This document shows positions 1 through 14,060 of a stretch of 64,000 nucleotides of DNA, piece by piece (within the stretch, counting starts at the first letter, position 1; each line of letters begins with the position of its first letter). A program made the position numbers and the translations under genes. Source of the DNA: Tubulanus polymorphus (Eukaryota > Animalia > Nemertea); NCBI RefSeq assembly GCF_964204645.1, contig NC_134027.1:8712485-8776484 (forward strand), read 5' to 3'. A model generated the notes under the pieces. The model saw only the letters and a program-made list of their open reading frames with translations. It was not told the DNA's origin and did not search any database.

Positions 1-1916
1 TGCCGTGAGCGCCATCCAAATCGAGTCCGGTATAGTCGCGAATTATCCGATTCCGCTGCCCGTCTTTTATCTGAGGCCCATCGATTTGAATTTTCCTTAA
101 ATCAACGTCTGAAATCCACGGTTTCTCTGATCGCGAATATCGTCAGAAATGATTTTTCGCTTCATCTCAAAGTTCAACCGGTCCCAAGGGGTGATCGCGC
201 GTAATTAGCATTGAGCAGAATCGAGATGAAAACTGAAAGACATTCAGCCGTTCCGACGCACATCAGAAAAGCCACTTTGTTAACTTCCTGAAGTTCGTGA
301 GACTAGATTACCGCTCTATGGTCCACGACGTGTGCCTTTGAAATATTGATAATTCATTACATTCATTACGATGAAACAAAATCGCGGTGTATGCCTGCGT
401 AATGATAAGGCAGTTGAAACAGAAGGAAAAACAGACCAAGCGAACTCAACGTTTCAAAAACCTCGATTGTTTTGCTTAACGGCTTCACGCCACTCCGATA
501 GAGCAAATTCATGATTTCACGAAGCGCATCAGAGGCGTCGCGGGTCTAATTTACAACTGACAATTTGTAATCGAAAGACAAGTGATGATGCTTCATTTGA
601 CCGAGTCAAATATAACATGAGCTGTAGCAGCGCCTCGTGAAAATTTACACCATTTACATTCGCTTGCCGGTTCAAGCTGGTTGGAAGATTGTTTGAATGA
701 AAACCGGAACCGAAATTTCCAATTATGAATTATTTTAATTCTGTCAATTCTATACCGCCGATCACACAACTATATCTGTACTTCAATTTCCGATCAAACC
801 CACTGTTATACGCTCCCGCAGATGTGGTAGGTCTGTAGGGGACAGCAATCAAATCAAAGCATATCAAACAAAATCTACCAATTAGATATATAACAGGGTC
901 AATCCCACTTCGATATCAAAAATGAACACTTAAGTATACGCTCCACTGATAAAATTGGGACCTAAATCTTTTTCCTAAAGTTTACATAATAATAAGAAAT
1001 GCTGCAGATTTTGTTTCTGTTAAAATATAATCGTGTAAAAATCAAAATCACATCAGGGTTAAGTCCATTTTTAAATCATATCAGATAATATTGTGTACGT
1101 ATAAAGTTCATCATTCATCAAAAAGGTTCCTCTTGGCGTTCGACGAATTCTTTTATGTGCGACACAATCCATGTTTACGACGGCGGAATGAATGAGATAC
1201 AACGAGATAATCATATCTCTTATCATTTTAAAAAGCGTGGTATTTCAGTATACCAGCATATCATCACAAGCGAACGAAAGATAACACACACGATTAAAAA
1301 CTTCCTGAATTCCATCTTCTGAATTCAAATGATGGGCGATGGGCAGATCGTTTGGTGAGGTGTTGCAGTAGCGCGATTAGTTTTACAAGAAGAACCCTTG
1401 AGCAAAATTGAATTTAGAAACCAATGCCACTTAACAATATAAAATCATTAACGACACAATTATTTTATTTTGTAAAATAATTAACACTAATAGAATAGAA
1501 TAGTTTATTGTTCACAAAAGTACATTTGCTTAGAATGCGGTTCCTTAATGGATAACACATGATACATAATTACTTCCTCATCATTGATATTCAACAATCG
1601 AACCGGAATATAACTTTCGTTAACTGTTCCTAACGTTTGGCTATGATGTTTGAAGATGATATCTGGATTTTGACCTTATTTGGTAACTTATTTTCAACTA
1701 AACTAAGATAATTAATACCTGGATATTCTAGGTGGGTGTTGGCAAACTCAATGATTTATTGCTTCAGAATTTCACAAATGATTGGTTTATAAATATGAAA
1801 TTACTTAAACACAACCAGGATGGAATGCGCATCACTTTTTCGGTGGAAACGAATCGCGATGATATATTTGCAACTGCCATCACTTGGTTAACAGTGAGCA
1901 TTTCCTTTGCATTAAG

Positions 1917-2296
1917 ATGGAAAACAAATTCTGGTGGTTCTGTTTCGCGCTAGTTTTGAGTGCAGCATTACGATTCGGAACATTTAGCACTATTTCGAGG
2001 AGGCCATTGTATAATCAGGGTTTTGATGGCGTCAGCGAATCGAACCTCGAAGATCACGATAAAATGGAGTTCGACATTATGTCAAGACGACTTTTGGAAT
2101 TCGCAGATGGAGGCGTCAATCGCGGTCCGTATTCGTTTTCTCGGACGTCCGTCGATGCTATGTTTAAACGGCTAACTACGATCGAATCTTCTGAGTTTAT
2201 CAAACAGACTATAGGGGAACATACATTGAGAATGAAAACATCGTCAGTCGATCACGTATTTCGAAACGTCTTCTGCATTTCAAATCTATATCGCAC
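1917..2296 (+). CDS. Toll-like receptor copy 1, exon 1 (signal peptide + ~100-aa N-terminal extension)
   Basis: ATG at 1917 gives MENKFWWFCFALVLSAALRFG, a signal-peptide-like start. The exon ends at cac|GTAAGT (2297); 380 nt, phase 2, matching the phase-2 acceptor at 2577. Confidence 0.85.
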
Positions 2297-2576
2297 GTAA
2301 GTAACATTAACAAATAACTCATCCAAGTCACGCGTTTCGATTGTATATACGTTTCTGAAAGAGTACTGTTTGAGTGAATTAACCCAAAACAAAACAAAGT
2401 AGTTCTGCTATTTTCACCTCTGAAGATTTTTTTCTGATAGAGGAATGTGAGTGATTCATTATCGAACGAAGGCTAATTGAAAATATCGTTTAATGAATAA
2501 AACAAGCTTGCGTAAAGGAATTAAACAATGATCGACATTTTCCGTTTTTTTGTATGCTAATATCATTTTTTTGTAG

Positions 2577-4791
2577 TCACATCGATTGTTCTGGTGTAGG
2601 GTTGACGTACTTCCCAGACCTTTTCGATAGCGCCGTCCGAGTCGATCTCAGCAATAACAGCATTTCCAAAGTTCTACCACAGCAACAGTTGTCCAGGTTG
2701 AGGTATTTGGATATCAGTGTAAACAGAATCGCGTCGTTAGAACGCATAGGATTTGAACGCATGCCAAACTTGAGAAAACTAGTGATATCTGGAAATATGA
2801 TTTCTCACATTGACGGCGATACTTTTTTCGGCAATCTTTACTTCAGAATGCTCATATTATCGCGTCAGCATTTTCCGAAAACGACATCACGGGTCAACGT
2901 TACTCAATTCGTGACCAACGTAACGAATTCTCTACAAAGGTGTTTGCGATTCTACGCACTAAATCTACGGAGCTTGGGTATAGGACCGATCCCGGTATTA
3001 TCCGCGAATATGCTGAGGCTTTTGAGGGATACTAAACTTACGATTCTGATATTAACCGACAATCGCATCGTAATCATTGAAGAATCAGCGTTTGCGCAGA
3101 TTCCAAAACTGCAAGGCTTAGTTCTTGATAATTGTGAAACGGAGCTCAAGGCTGCTATGTTCGCAAATATATATTCTCTCAAAATGTTGAGGATAAGTGG
3201 TAATCAATTGAAATATTTCAATGTTAGCCAATTGCTAGGGCAGAATACCGATTTACGTTCATTATACATGTTTTCCTCGAGCGGCCTTGTATGTTACGAC
3301 AGCAACATGAAATACATTCCGGTTCAAACATCGATGCGCGCACTTTGCTCGTCGTGCTTTTCCATCGGTCATGTTCAAGCGGAACCTGGGTGGGGCGCAT
3401 TCTCGATTTCTGAAAATATCGTTTCGTCGTTGACGCAGCTCCGAGCGGTGGACTTCATTGTTACCACACTCTATCGTACTTTCGACACCCGATCGATCCG
3501 AAAACTATCAAAATTGCGATTTGTATCTGTTAACCTTATGTCGCCCAATCAAGAGAATGTGGTAACTTATGTGCCTTCGCAGGTTGCCAAAATCAATTGT
3601 AGATACTATCATCCAATCCGTCTACGTTTGATAGGTTTTAGTTTGGTTGGTTCATTGATCGGATTCTGTCTAACGCAGCTTCGTATTCTCGTTCAGAGTC
3701 TGCGAACAGTAAAGATCCTCATATTGCGGGGGAATAATATCCATACGCTACCGGTGGATACTTTCAAAAACAATCGACTTTTGCAGGTGCTTAATCTAAG
3801 TTGTAACAGAATAACTCATATCATTCCGGGCACATTTTCGGCGCTGCGTCGTTTGATTAGACTTAACCTATCGTACAATCAAATCCGAACAATCGCTTCG
3901 AACACCTTCACGCAGTTATCCTCGTTAAAAATTTTGATAATTGGTTTGAACCCATTTTATTGTGACTGTCACTTACGTGACTTTAAGAAATGGTTACGCC
4001 TGTCTAATATTACCATCGAGTCGCTTCGTAAACCTATGCCGTACCGTTTCTCGGCACCGCGATGCTTGAATTTGAACGGGTCCCGTGTCGATGAATTCGT
4101 TCTTCCGTGGATAAAATGCGACCATCATACCGAAATGGTAATCAGTGTTTCGGTACTCGCCGGACTCGCAATAATTGCCACCATCGTGGGATTCGTCGTT
4201 AAATACAACTGGCGCATCAAATACTGGTGGGCCGTCACCGTGCGGCCGATACTTCCACAATGGTTACGCAGGAAAAAAGCCACGACGAAAAACAAGAAGA
4301 AAAAAGAGATCATTTACGATGCTTTTCTCTGCCACAGTATCGATGATTTGAACTTCGTGTATATGACATTTGTAAAAGAGGTCGAATGTTCGGACGAAGT
4401 AAAGTTGAAAGTTTGCATCGGTGAAAGAAACTTTCTCGGCGGAGTCTACATTCTGGAGAATATCGCCAACGCCATCGAAACAAGTCGCTGGATCGTTTTC
4501 ATGGTATCGGAGAATTTCATAGCGAGCAAATGGGCAAATTTCGAGTTCAGCTTAGCAGCGATGCGCTGCATTGAAGATAGCAAGAACGTGATACTCGTCC
4601 TGTTAATGGATGACATACCGAAGTCGAGAATGCCATCTTCTTTGAGGACGATTATCTCGCACGTGACTTATCTCAGATGGCCGAGCAAAGAACGCGAGCG
4701 GCCGATGTTTTGGCGCCGGCTGCGCGCCGCCCTCGTCAGCGAACCGGAAGACTTTCCGTCGTTAACGCGCATGCGTCCATTTCCGAGTTAA
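2577..4791 (+). CDS. Toll-like receptor copy 1, exon 2 (LRRs, LRR-CT, TM, TIR); spliced protein 864 aa
   Basis: Acceptor ttttttgtAG (2575-2576) with a tgctaat branch-like motif. Multiple LxxLxLxxN repeats, LRR-CT NPFYCDC...C...C, TM VISVSVLAGLAIIATIVGFVV, TIR box1 YDAFLCHS and box3 FWRRL. Single-cysteine-cluster architecture. Confidence 0.96.
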
Positions 4792-6289
4792 ACAAACACA
4801 AACTGCGATAAGAGAAAAGTTTTCATAGACAATTAGTGACTGTCCGATATCAATAAAGTGAAAAACCCACAATAAGATCGAAAATATTACGACAGAACCT
4901 GACGTTTCGACTGAAATCCATGAGCCATTGATATATGGGAGACTATACCAGTTGTCAAAAAAAAACCGAATGAAAAAGGCCGAATCGGAAAACGCATGGT
5001 GCCTAATTCTAGAAAATTCAATGAAATTTACCTATTTTTATGAAAAAAATGAGTAGAACTACGTTTTTTTTGTCGGTTTAGCAATTTTAAAGGATTCGAG
5101 GTATAAACAGCGGTTGAGGATGATTTGAATAAGCTCTCGGTTCTTAAAGTTCTGCACTTGAAGCGTATATTCTATCATTATATCTGTATGAAAACACCAA
5201 ATCAAAAAACAGTTTCTTTAGCCTAGCGAATCTGAAACCCGAAATTTGAATGAATTGTGATATCGGTAGATAACACAGTACCTGAAAGGTCACTTTTTAG
5301 GTATTAGGCAATTTACTTTATGCGTTTTCAAATTCGGTGTTTCTCATGAGGCGTTTTACGAATACCGATCGACTTGTTAACCAACGTCATGAACAAACAA
5401 GACCGACATTATACGAAGGGGATATATATTTTTTCAAATGATAACGCCTTCAGTCGGCTGCATACGTTTGGACATGTTCCGAAGTAATTGCGAACTCAAT
5501 GCTTGTCCATTCAGATGATCAAAAAGCTACGGCAACTATAGACACAAAGAAGAAGTTGTTAGCATGTACGCATGTGCCGTGATAGAAGCAAATACCAGTA
5601 ACGTATTATGAGAAGTTGTCATTCTGAGAATAACGCGTTCAACGTTGATTTCTTAAGTCTCATTCGACTTTTCGACTTTAAAGTCGACTTTTTAAACTTG
5701 TATCATTTATACTATTTAGTGGCCATAATCCGCTTCCCTAGCCTTCCGCTTATATGTATGTGCTTCGCACCCTAACGCCATTCACATTTCATACCGTGTT
5801 TCTCGTCACATTGGTTTCTCAAAAGTGAAGAGGAAGGCAAGTGTTTATTTTCAGTTAGATTTTTTTAAAGGATAAAACCTTCGAATAGAATATTTGGAGA
5901 AAGGATCGGAGAAGAGCATGAGGGAGTCAGCTTTCTACTTCCTTTTAGATAGAAAACGCGGTAAATATTGCATGAGCCAATTCTTTTTAACTTTGAATCG
6001 AACGATTATCGAAATCAACGCATGCCAGAGCAAGTTTCGAAGCCCGATCTACACAGATTTCGATCAGCAGATTCATTGCCGACATGCACGACATTTTCTT
6101 CCATACCCAAGCACGAAAAAAAAAGAGAAAAACGATGATGGTACGAAAACAGATTTATTGATGCGGGCGGGAGTTTTTTTAAAATTTCACATAACATAAA
6201 TGATTACACTTGGACCGCTCATTTTATATTTTCCCGATTTTCGTTACTGATTTTTCCGACGCGTGCGTGGACGAGAAACGCGGTTTCAT

Positions 6290-7467
<1,178 letters not shown>

Positions 7468-7509
7468 TCTTGTTTTGTTGTTATAATTTTGAATATGAAC
7501 AAAGTGCAG

Positions 7510-7582
7510 CCTTCTGGCATTTTTACTCCTGGCATTATTATTACCTATGGCACTTTTACCTATGGCATTATTACCGTGTACC
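7510..7582 (+). repeat. ~15-bp degenerate minisatellite (tggcattttacc-like)
   Basis: Direct repeats; a longer paralogous array at ~14189-14302 and a similar array at ~52115-52262. Confidence 0.7.
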
Positions 7583-9263
7583 TATTTCGATACATACATA
7601 ACACAATAGATTCCAATCAGTTTGACGGTTAATTTCACGATTTCTCAATGCAGTTCATACTGCATACGGATTCACTTCGTTACTTGCCATGATGTTACAT
7701 AATGCCCTCTCACGATGAAAAGATAGTTCCATCAACCAAAATACGCTAGAAATCTCAATCTCCCTCGATCTCGCTGAATGACGAAGAAAATGGGAAGTCA
7801 TATACTACATATACAGGGTATATAAATTGTAAACCTGGGAGAGAGAAACCCGCAGTAAATCTCCATCTCAAACAATCCAGACGGCGAAGCCACGTTTGAC
7901 GATTTGTAAATTACCAACCGCCATCTATCACAATAACACAGTGGCAGTACCGATCTGGTGGATTTCGCCTACGTGAAAAGTTTAATGCACTGCGCCCTGT
8001 ATCAAGAAGAGTCTGCACAAAAATTCGGGATAGGTTACGGTATCGAGAGAGATAAAACATTTCAGTAAGAATCAAGAGTAATTCTTGAGATAAAGAAAAT
8101 CACACTTTGTCTGAATATCTCACGAAAGAGCCGTCACATTGTGTACATGATGTAATGACTGATAAAATAAACACATTTTAACTAGTATATATTTTGTTTG
8201 TATTTCTTAAACACTTTTGAAAGTTAGTTTGAAGTACGGATCAGCCTCCCAGTATCATGCAAAAATCATAGAATTGAAAAAAGAAACGTTGTCGTCCTCC
8301 TTTGTATTTTCATCACAATTTTTATTTTTTTCAAATATTTCCTATTTAACGGCTTCACGCCACTACGGATAGAGCAAATTCATGATTTCACGAAGCGCAT
8401 CAAATGCGTCGCGGCTCTAATTTACAACTGACAATTTGTAATCGAAAGACAAGTGATGATGCTTCATTTGACCCAGTCAAATATAACATGAGCTGCAGCA
8501 GCGCCTCGTTAAAATGTACACCATTTACATTCGCTTGCCGGTTCAAGCTGGTTGGAAGATTGTTTGAATGAAAACTGGAACCGAAATTTCCAATCATCTA
8601 CTTCGATTTTAATTCTGTGAATTCGACCGACGATCACAAACTATATCTAGATATCTGTACTTCAATTTCCGATCAAACCCACTGTTTCCCCCAGGTGTGG
8701 TGGGTCTGTAGGGGACAGGAATCAAATCAAAAGATATCATACAAAATCTACCAATTAGATATATGAAGGAGTCAATCCCACTTCAAGATCAAAAAAATTT
8801 AACGCTTACGTATACGCTCCTCTGATAAAATTGGTCTGCGGACCCCTTCCCCTTCAACCGCTGTAGGTAGTAAACGTTTGACATATGGAATATAATGTTT
8901 GAAAAAGGTACTGATTTTGACTTCACAGACAAACATGTAATAATGAGTCGTGTTTTAGGAAGTTAGATATGGACAGCAGGGATGATTTTGAAAATGTGGG
9001 TGCCCGGAAATACACTTTTTTGTTTATTTGTTTGAAAATCTAAAACAAGGACAGTGATTGAAAGGATTTAAAACCTCTATAATTTTCAACAATTCACCCT
9101 CTGGCAAGCCCGCATCAAAATATCTTTTACATAACATAATTGCCCAATATTTGACAATAAACCTGCATTGCAGGAAATGCTCAATATCTTATTGGTGGAA
9201 ACGAATCGCCGATGATGTATTTATTACTGTAATCATTTGGTTGAGCATTTCATTCGCATCAAG

Positions 9264-9643
9264 ATGGAATACAAATTCTGGTGGTTCTGTTTCGCGCTAG
9301 TTTTGAATGCAGCAACGCGATCCGGCAAATGTAACACTATTTCGAGGTGGCTGTTGTATAATCAAGGCCTTGAGGACGTCAGCGAATCGAACCTCCAAGA
9401 CGTTGATAAAATGGAGTTCGACATTATGTCAAGACGACTTTTGGAATTCGCAGATGGAGGCGTCAATCGCGGTCCGTATTCGTTTTCTCGGACGTCCGTC
9501 GATGCTATGTATAAACGGCTAACTACGATCGAATCTTCTGAGTTTATCAAACAGACTATAGGGGAACATACATTGAGAATGAAACCATCGTCAGTCGATC
9601 ACGTATTTCGAAACGTCTTCTGCATTTCAAATCAAAATCGCAC
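9264..9643 (+). CDS. Toll-like receptor copy 2, exon 1
   Basis: Paralogous to 1917-2296: ATG 9264 (MEYKFWWFCFALVLNA), 380 nt, GTAAGT donor at 9644. Confidence 0.85.
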
Positions 9644-9922
9644 GTAAGTAACATTAACAAATAACTCATCCAAGTCACGCGTTTCGATTGTATATACGTT
9701 TCTGAAAGAGTACTGTTTGAGTGAATTAACTCAAAACAAAACGAAGTAGTTCTGCTATTTTAACCTCTGAAGATTTTTTCTGATAGAGGAATGTGAGTGA
9801 TTCATTATCGAACGTAGGCTAATTGAAAATATCGTTTAATGAATAAAACAAGCTTGCGTAAAAGAATTAAACAATGATCGACATTTTCCGTTTTTTTGTA
9901 TGCTAATATCATTTTTTTGTAG

Positions 9923-12134
9923 TCACATCGATTGTACTGGTTTAGGGTTGACGTACTTCCCAGACCTTTTCGATAGCGCCGTCCGAGTCGATCTCAGCAA
10001 CAACAGCATTTCCAAAGTTCTACCACTGCAACTGTTGCCCAGGTTGAAGGATTTGTATATAAGGAAAAACAGAATCGCGTCGTTAGAACGCAGAGGATTT
10101 GAACGCATGCCAAACTTGCGAAAACTAGTGGTATCTGGAAATATGATTTCTCACATTGACGGCGATACTTTTTTCGGCAATCTTTACTTCAGAATGCTCA
10201 TATTATCGCGTCAGCATTTTCCGGAAACGACATCACGGGTCAACGTTACTCAATTCGTGACCAACGTAACGAATTCTCTACGAAGGTGTTTGCGATTCTA
10301 CACATTAAGTCTACGAAGCTTGGGTATTGGACCGATCCCGGTATTATCCGCGAATACGATGACACTTTTGAGAGATACTAAACTTGCAATTCTAATATTA
10401 AACGACAATCGCATCGGAATCATCGAAGAATCAGCGTTTGCGCAGATTCCAAAACTGCAGTTGTTAGCTCTTGATAATTGTGAAACGGAGCTCAAGGCTG
10501 CTATGTTCGCAAATATATATTCCCTCAAAATGTTGAAGATAAGTGGTAATCAATTGAAATATTTCAATGTTAGTCAATTGATAGCGCAGAATACCGATCT
10601 GTATAAATTAGTCATGTTTTCCTCAAGTGGACTTGTATGTTACGACAGTAACATGAAATACATTCCCGTTCAAACATCGATGCACCATCTTTGGATGTCG
10701 TGCTTTTCCATCACACACGTTCAATGGGAACCTGGATGGAACGCATTCTCAATTTCTGAAAATATCGTTTCGTCGTTGACGCAGCTCCGAGCGGTGGACT
10801 TCATTGTTACCACACTCTATCGTACTTTCGACACCCGGTCGATCCGAAAACTATCAAAATTGCGATTTGTATCTGTTAACCTTATGTCGCCCAATCAAGA
10901 GAATGTGGTAACTTATGTGCCTTCGCAGGTTGCCAAAATCAATTGTAGATACTATCATCCAATCCGTCTACGTTTGATAGGTTTTAGTTTGGTTGGTTCA
11001 TTGATTGGATTCTGTCCAACGCAGCTTCGTATTCTCGTTCAGAGTCTGCGAACTATAAATATCATCAGATTGCGGGGGAATAATATCCATACGTTACCGG
11101 TGGATACTTTCAAAAACAATCGACTTTTGCTGGTGCTTAATCTAAGTTGTAACAGAATAACTCATATCATTGCAGGCACATTTTCGGCGCTGCATCGCTT
11201 AATCAAACTTGACCTATCGTATAATCAAATCCAAACAATCGCTTCGAACACCTTCACGCAGTTATCCTCGTTAAAAAATTTGAAAATAGGTTCGAACCCG
11301 TTCATTTGCGACTGTCAGTTACGTGACTTTCAAAAATGGTTACGCCTGTCTAATGTTATCACCGAGGCGCCTGGTAAACGCGTGCTCCGTTTCTCGGCAC
11401 CGGGATGCTTGAATTTGAACGGGTCCCGTGTCGATGAATTCGTTCTTCCGTGGATGAAATGCGACCATCATACCGAAATGGTTATCAGTGTTTCGGTACT
11501 CGCCGGACTCGCAATAATTGCCACCATCGTGGGATTCGTCGTTAAATACAACTGGCGCATCAAATACTGGTGGGCCGTCACCGTGAGGCCGATGATTCCA
11601 CAATGGTTACGCAGGAAAAAAGCCACGACGAAAAACAAGAAGAAAAAAGAGATCATTTACGATGCTTTTCTCTGCCACAGTATCGATGATTTGAACTTCG
11701 TGTATATGACATTTGTAAAAGAGGTCGAATGTTCGGACGAAGTAAAGTTGAAAGTTTGTATCGGCGAAAGAAACTTTCTCGGCGGAGTCTACATTCTGGA
11801 GAATATCGCCAACGCCATCGAAACAAGTCGCTGGATCGTTTTCATGGTATCGGAGAATTTCATAGCGAGCAAATGGGCAAATTTCGAGTTCAGCTTAGCA
11901 GCGATGCGCTGCATTGAAGATAGCAAGAACGTGATACTCGTCCTGTTAATGGATGACATACCGAAGTCGAGAATGCCGTCTTCTTTGAGGACGATTATCT
12001 CGCACGTGACTTATCTCAGATGGCCGAGCAAAGAACGCGAGCGGCCGATGTTTTGGCGCCGGCTGCGCGCCGCCCTCGTCAGCGAACCGGAAGACTTTCC
12101 GTCGTTAACGCGCATGCGTCCATTTCCGAGTTAA
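9923..12134 (+). CDS. Toll-like receptor copy 2, exon 2; spliced protein 863 aa
   Basis: Acceptor AG at 9921-9922, same phase as copy 1. Open LRR-LRRCT-TM-TIR frame; TIR protein sequence identical to copy 1. Confidence 0.96.
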
Positions 12135-13669
12135 ACAAACACAATCCGCGATAAGAGAAAAGTTTTCATAGACAATTAGTGACTGTCCGATATAGATAAA
12201 GTGAAAGACCCACAATAAGATCGAAAATATCGCAGAATCTGACGTTTAGACTCAAATCCATGAGCCATTGATAGGGAGAGTATACTATTTGAAAAACATC
12301 GAATGAAAAATGCCGAATCGGAAAACGTATGGCGCCTAATTCTAGAAAATCCAATGAAATTAACCTTATTAATTCTGAGAAAAAAACTATCGGTAAAACT
12401 TATTTTTTTCGATGGTTTAGCAATTTTAAATGATTCGAGGTAAAGGCAGCGGTTCAGGATGATTTGAATAAGCTATCGGTTCTTAAAGTTATGCACTTGA
12501 AGCGTATATTCTAATGTTTTCTTTGTATAAAAATGCCGAATAAAAAAAAAAGTTTTTTAGCCTAGCGCTCGTCGTTCCACCAATGGATAAAAATGGATGA
12601 ATTTGAATGAATTGTGAGTATCGGTAGATAACGCAGTATCTGAAAAAGCCCTTTTTTAAGGTATTAGGCAATGCTTTATGCGTTTTCAAATTCGGTATTT
12701 TTCAATAGGCGTTTTACGAATGCCGAGTTAATCAGCGTCATGAACAAACAAGACCGACATTATACGAAGGGGATATATTTTTTCAAATGATAACGCTTTC
12801 ATTTGTCGGCTGTATACGTTTGGAAACGTTCCGAAGTAAACGCGAATGCTTGTCAATTCAGATGATCAAAAAGCTGCGGCAACTATAGACCCAAAGAAGA
12901 AGTTGTTTGCATGTATGCATGTGCCGTGATAGAAAGAAATACCACTGCCATATTTTGATATTGAGATGTCATACTGAGAATAACGCGTTCAATAACGTTG
13001 ATCTCTTACGAAATAAGTCTCATTCGACTTTCCGACTTATAAAGTCGACTTTACTAAACTTGTATCATTAATACCAAGTGGCCATAATCCGCTTCCCTAG
13101 CCATCCGCTTATGTGTATGTGCTTCGCACCCTAACGCCATTCAAATTTGATACCGTGTTTCTCGTCACATCGGTTTCTCAAAAGTGACGAGGAAGGCAAG
13201 TGTTTATTTTCACTTCAGATTATTTAAGGGATAAAACCTATATTCGTATAGAATATTTAGAGAAGGATTGGAGAAGAGCACGAGGGGGTCAGCTCTTTAC
13301 TTCCATTTAGATAGAAAACCCAGTAAATATTGCATGAGCTAAGTTTTTACTTTTGAATTGTCGTTACCACGAACGATTGTCGAAATCAACGCAACGCCAG
13401 AGCAAGTTTCGATCCCCGATCTACACAGATTTCGATTAGCAGATTCATTGCCGACATAGCACGACATTTTCTTCCATTCCACGAAAAAAAAAGAAAAACA
13501 ATGATGGTACGAACACAGATTTATTGATGCGGGCGTTAGTTTTTTAAGATTTTAACATAACATGAATTATTACACTAGACGTTGGAGCGCAGATTCTATT
13601 TTTATCCGATTTTCGACAGTGATATTTCCGACGCGCGCGTGGATGAGAACGCGGTTTCATTTTTTAAAT

Positions 13670-14060
13670 TTGGGACACTTAAGATTTTTAGAATTAATTC
13701 ATCGTGTAATAATCTAGATGCGTACATCTCGCCGTATGCTCCTGGTACATGTTCCCGGTGTAATATCAATGCAGTCGAAAACGAATATCATTTAATATGC
13801 CCTTTTATGAAAAAACCTTACATCGGAATATATCAAGCCGAGATACTAGAATCGATCACAGAAATTCTCCATTTTAATGCGTTATAACAACGATCTTTCA
13901 AATCTTTCGAAATTCCTTAAGAAAGTCTATATACTCGGGAAACCTTAAACTTATCATGTAACTCATATATTATTGCTTGTTCTCCATTATATTGCTTTCT
14001 GCCATTTATGCATGTTTATCGATTTTTGTCTTAAAAGATTGTATCTTTGGCAATAAATAT
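13670..14060 (+). mobile_element. Paralogous decayed LINE 3' fragment
   Basis: KIFRINSSCNNL...TCSRCNINAVENEYHLICPF, ending in caataaa. Confidence 0.65.

Noticed and set aside
2554-2576. ATG at 2554 (and 9900) as the TLR start
   Set aside because: It lies in the branch point/polypyrimidine tract and gives no signal peptide; the upstream exon splices in frame.
4530-4550. TIR NADase activity from the alpha-C Glu (WANFE)
   Set aside because: This Glu is also common in non-enzymatic TLR TIRs; nothing else supports catalysis.
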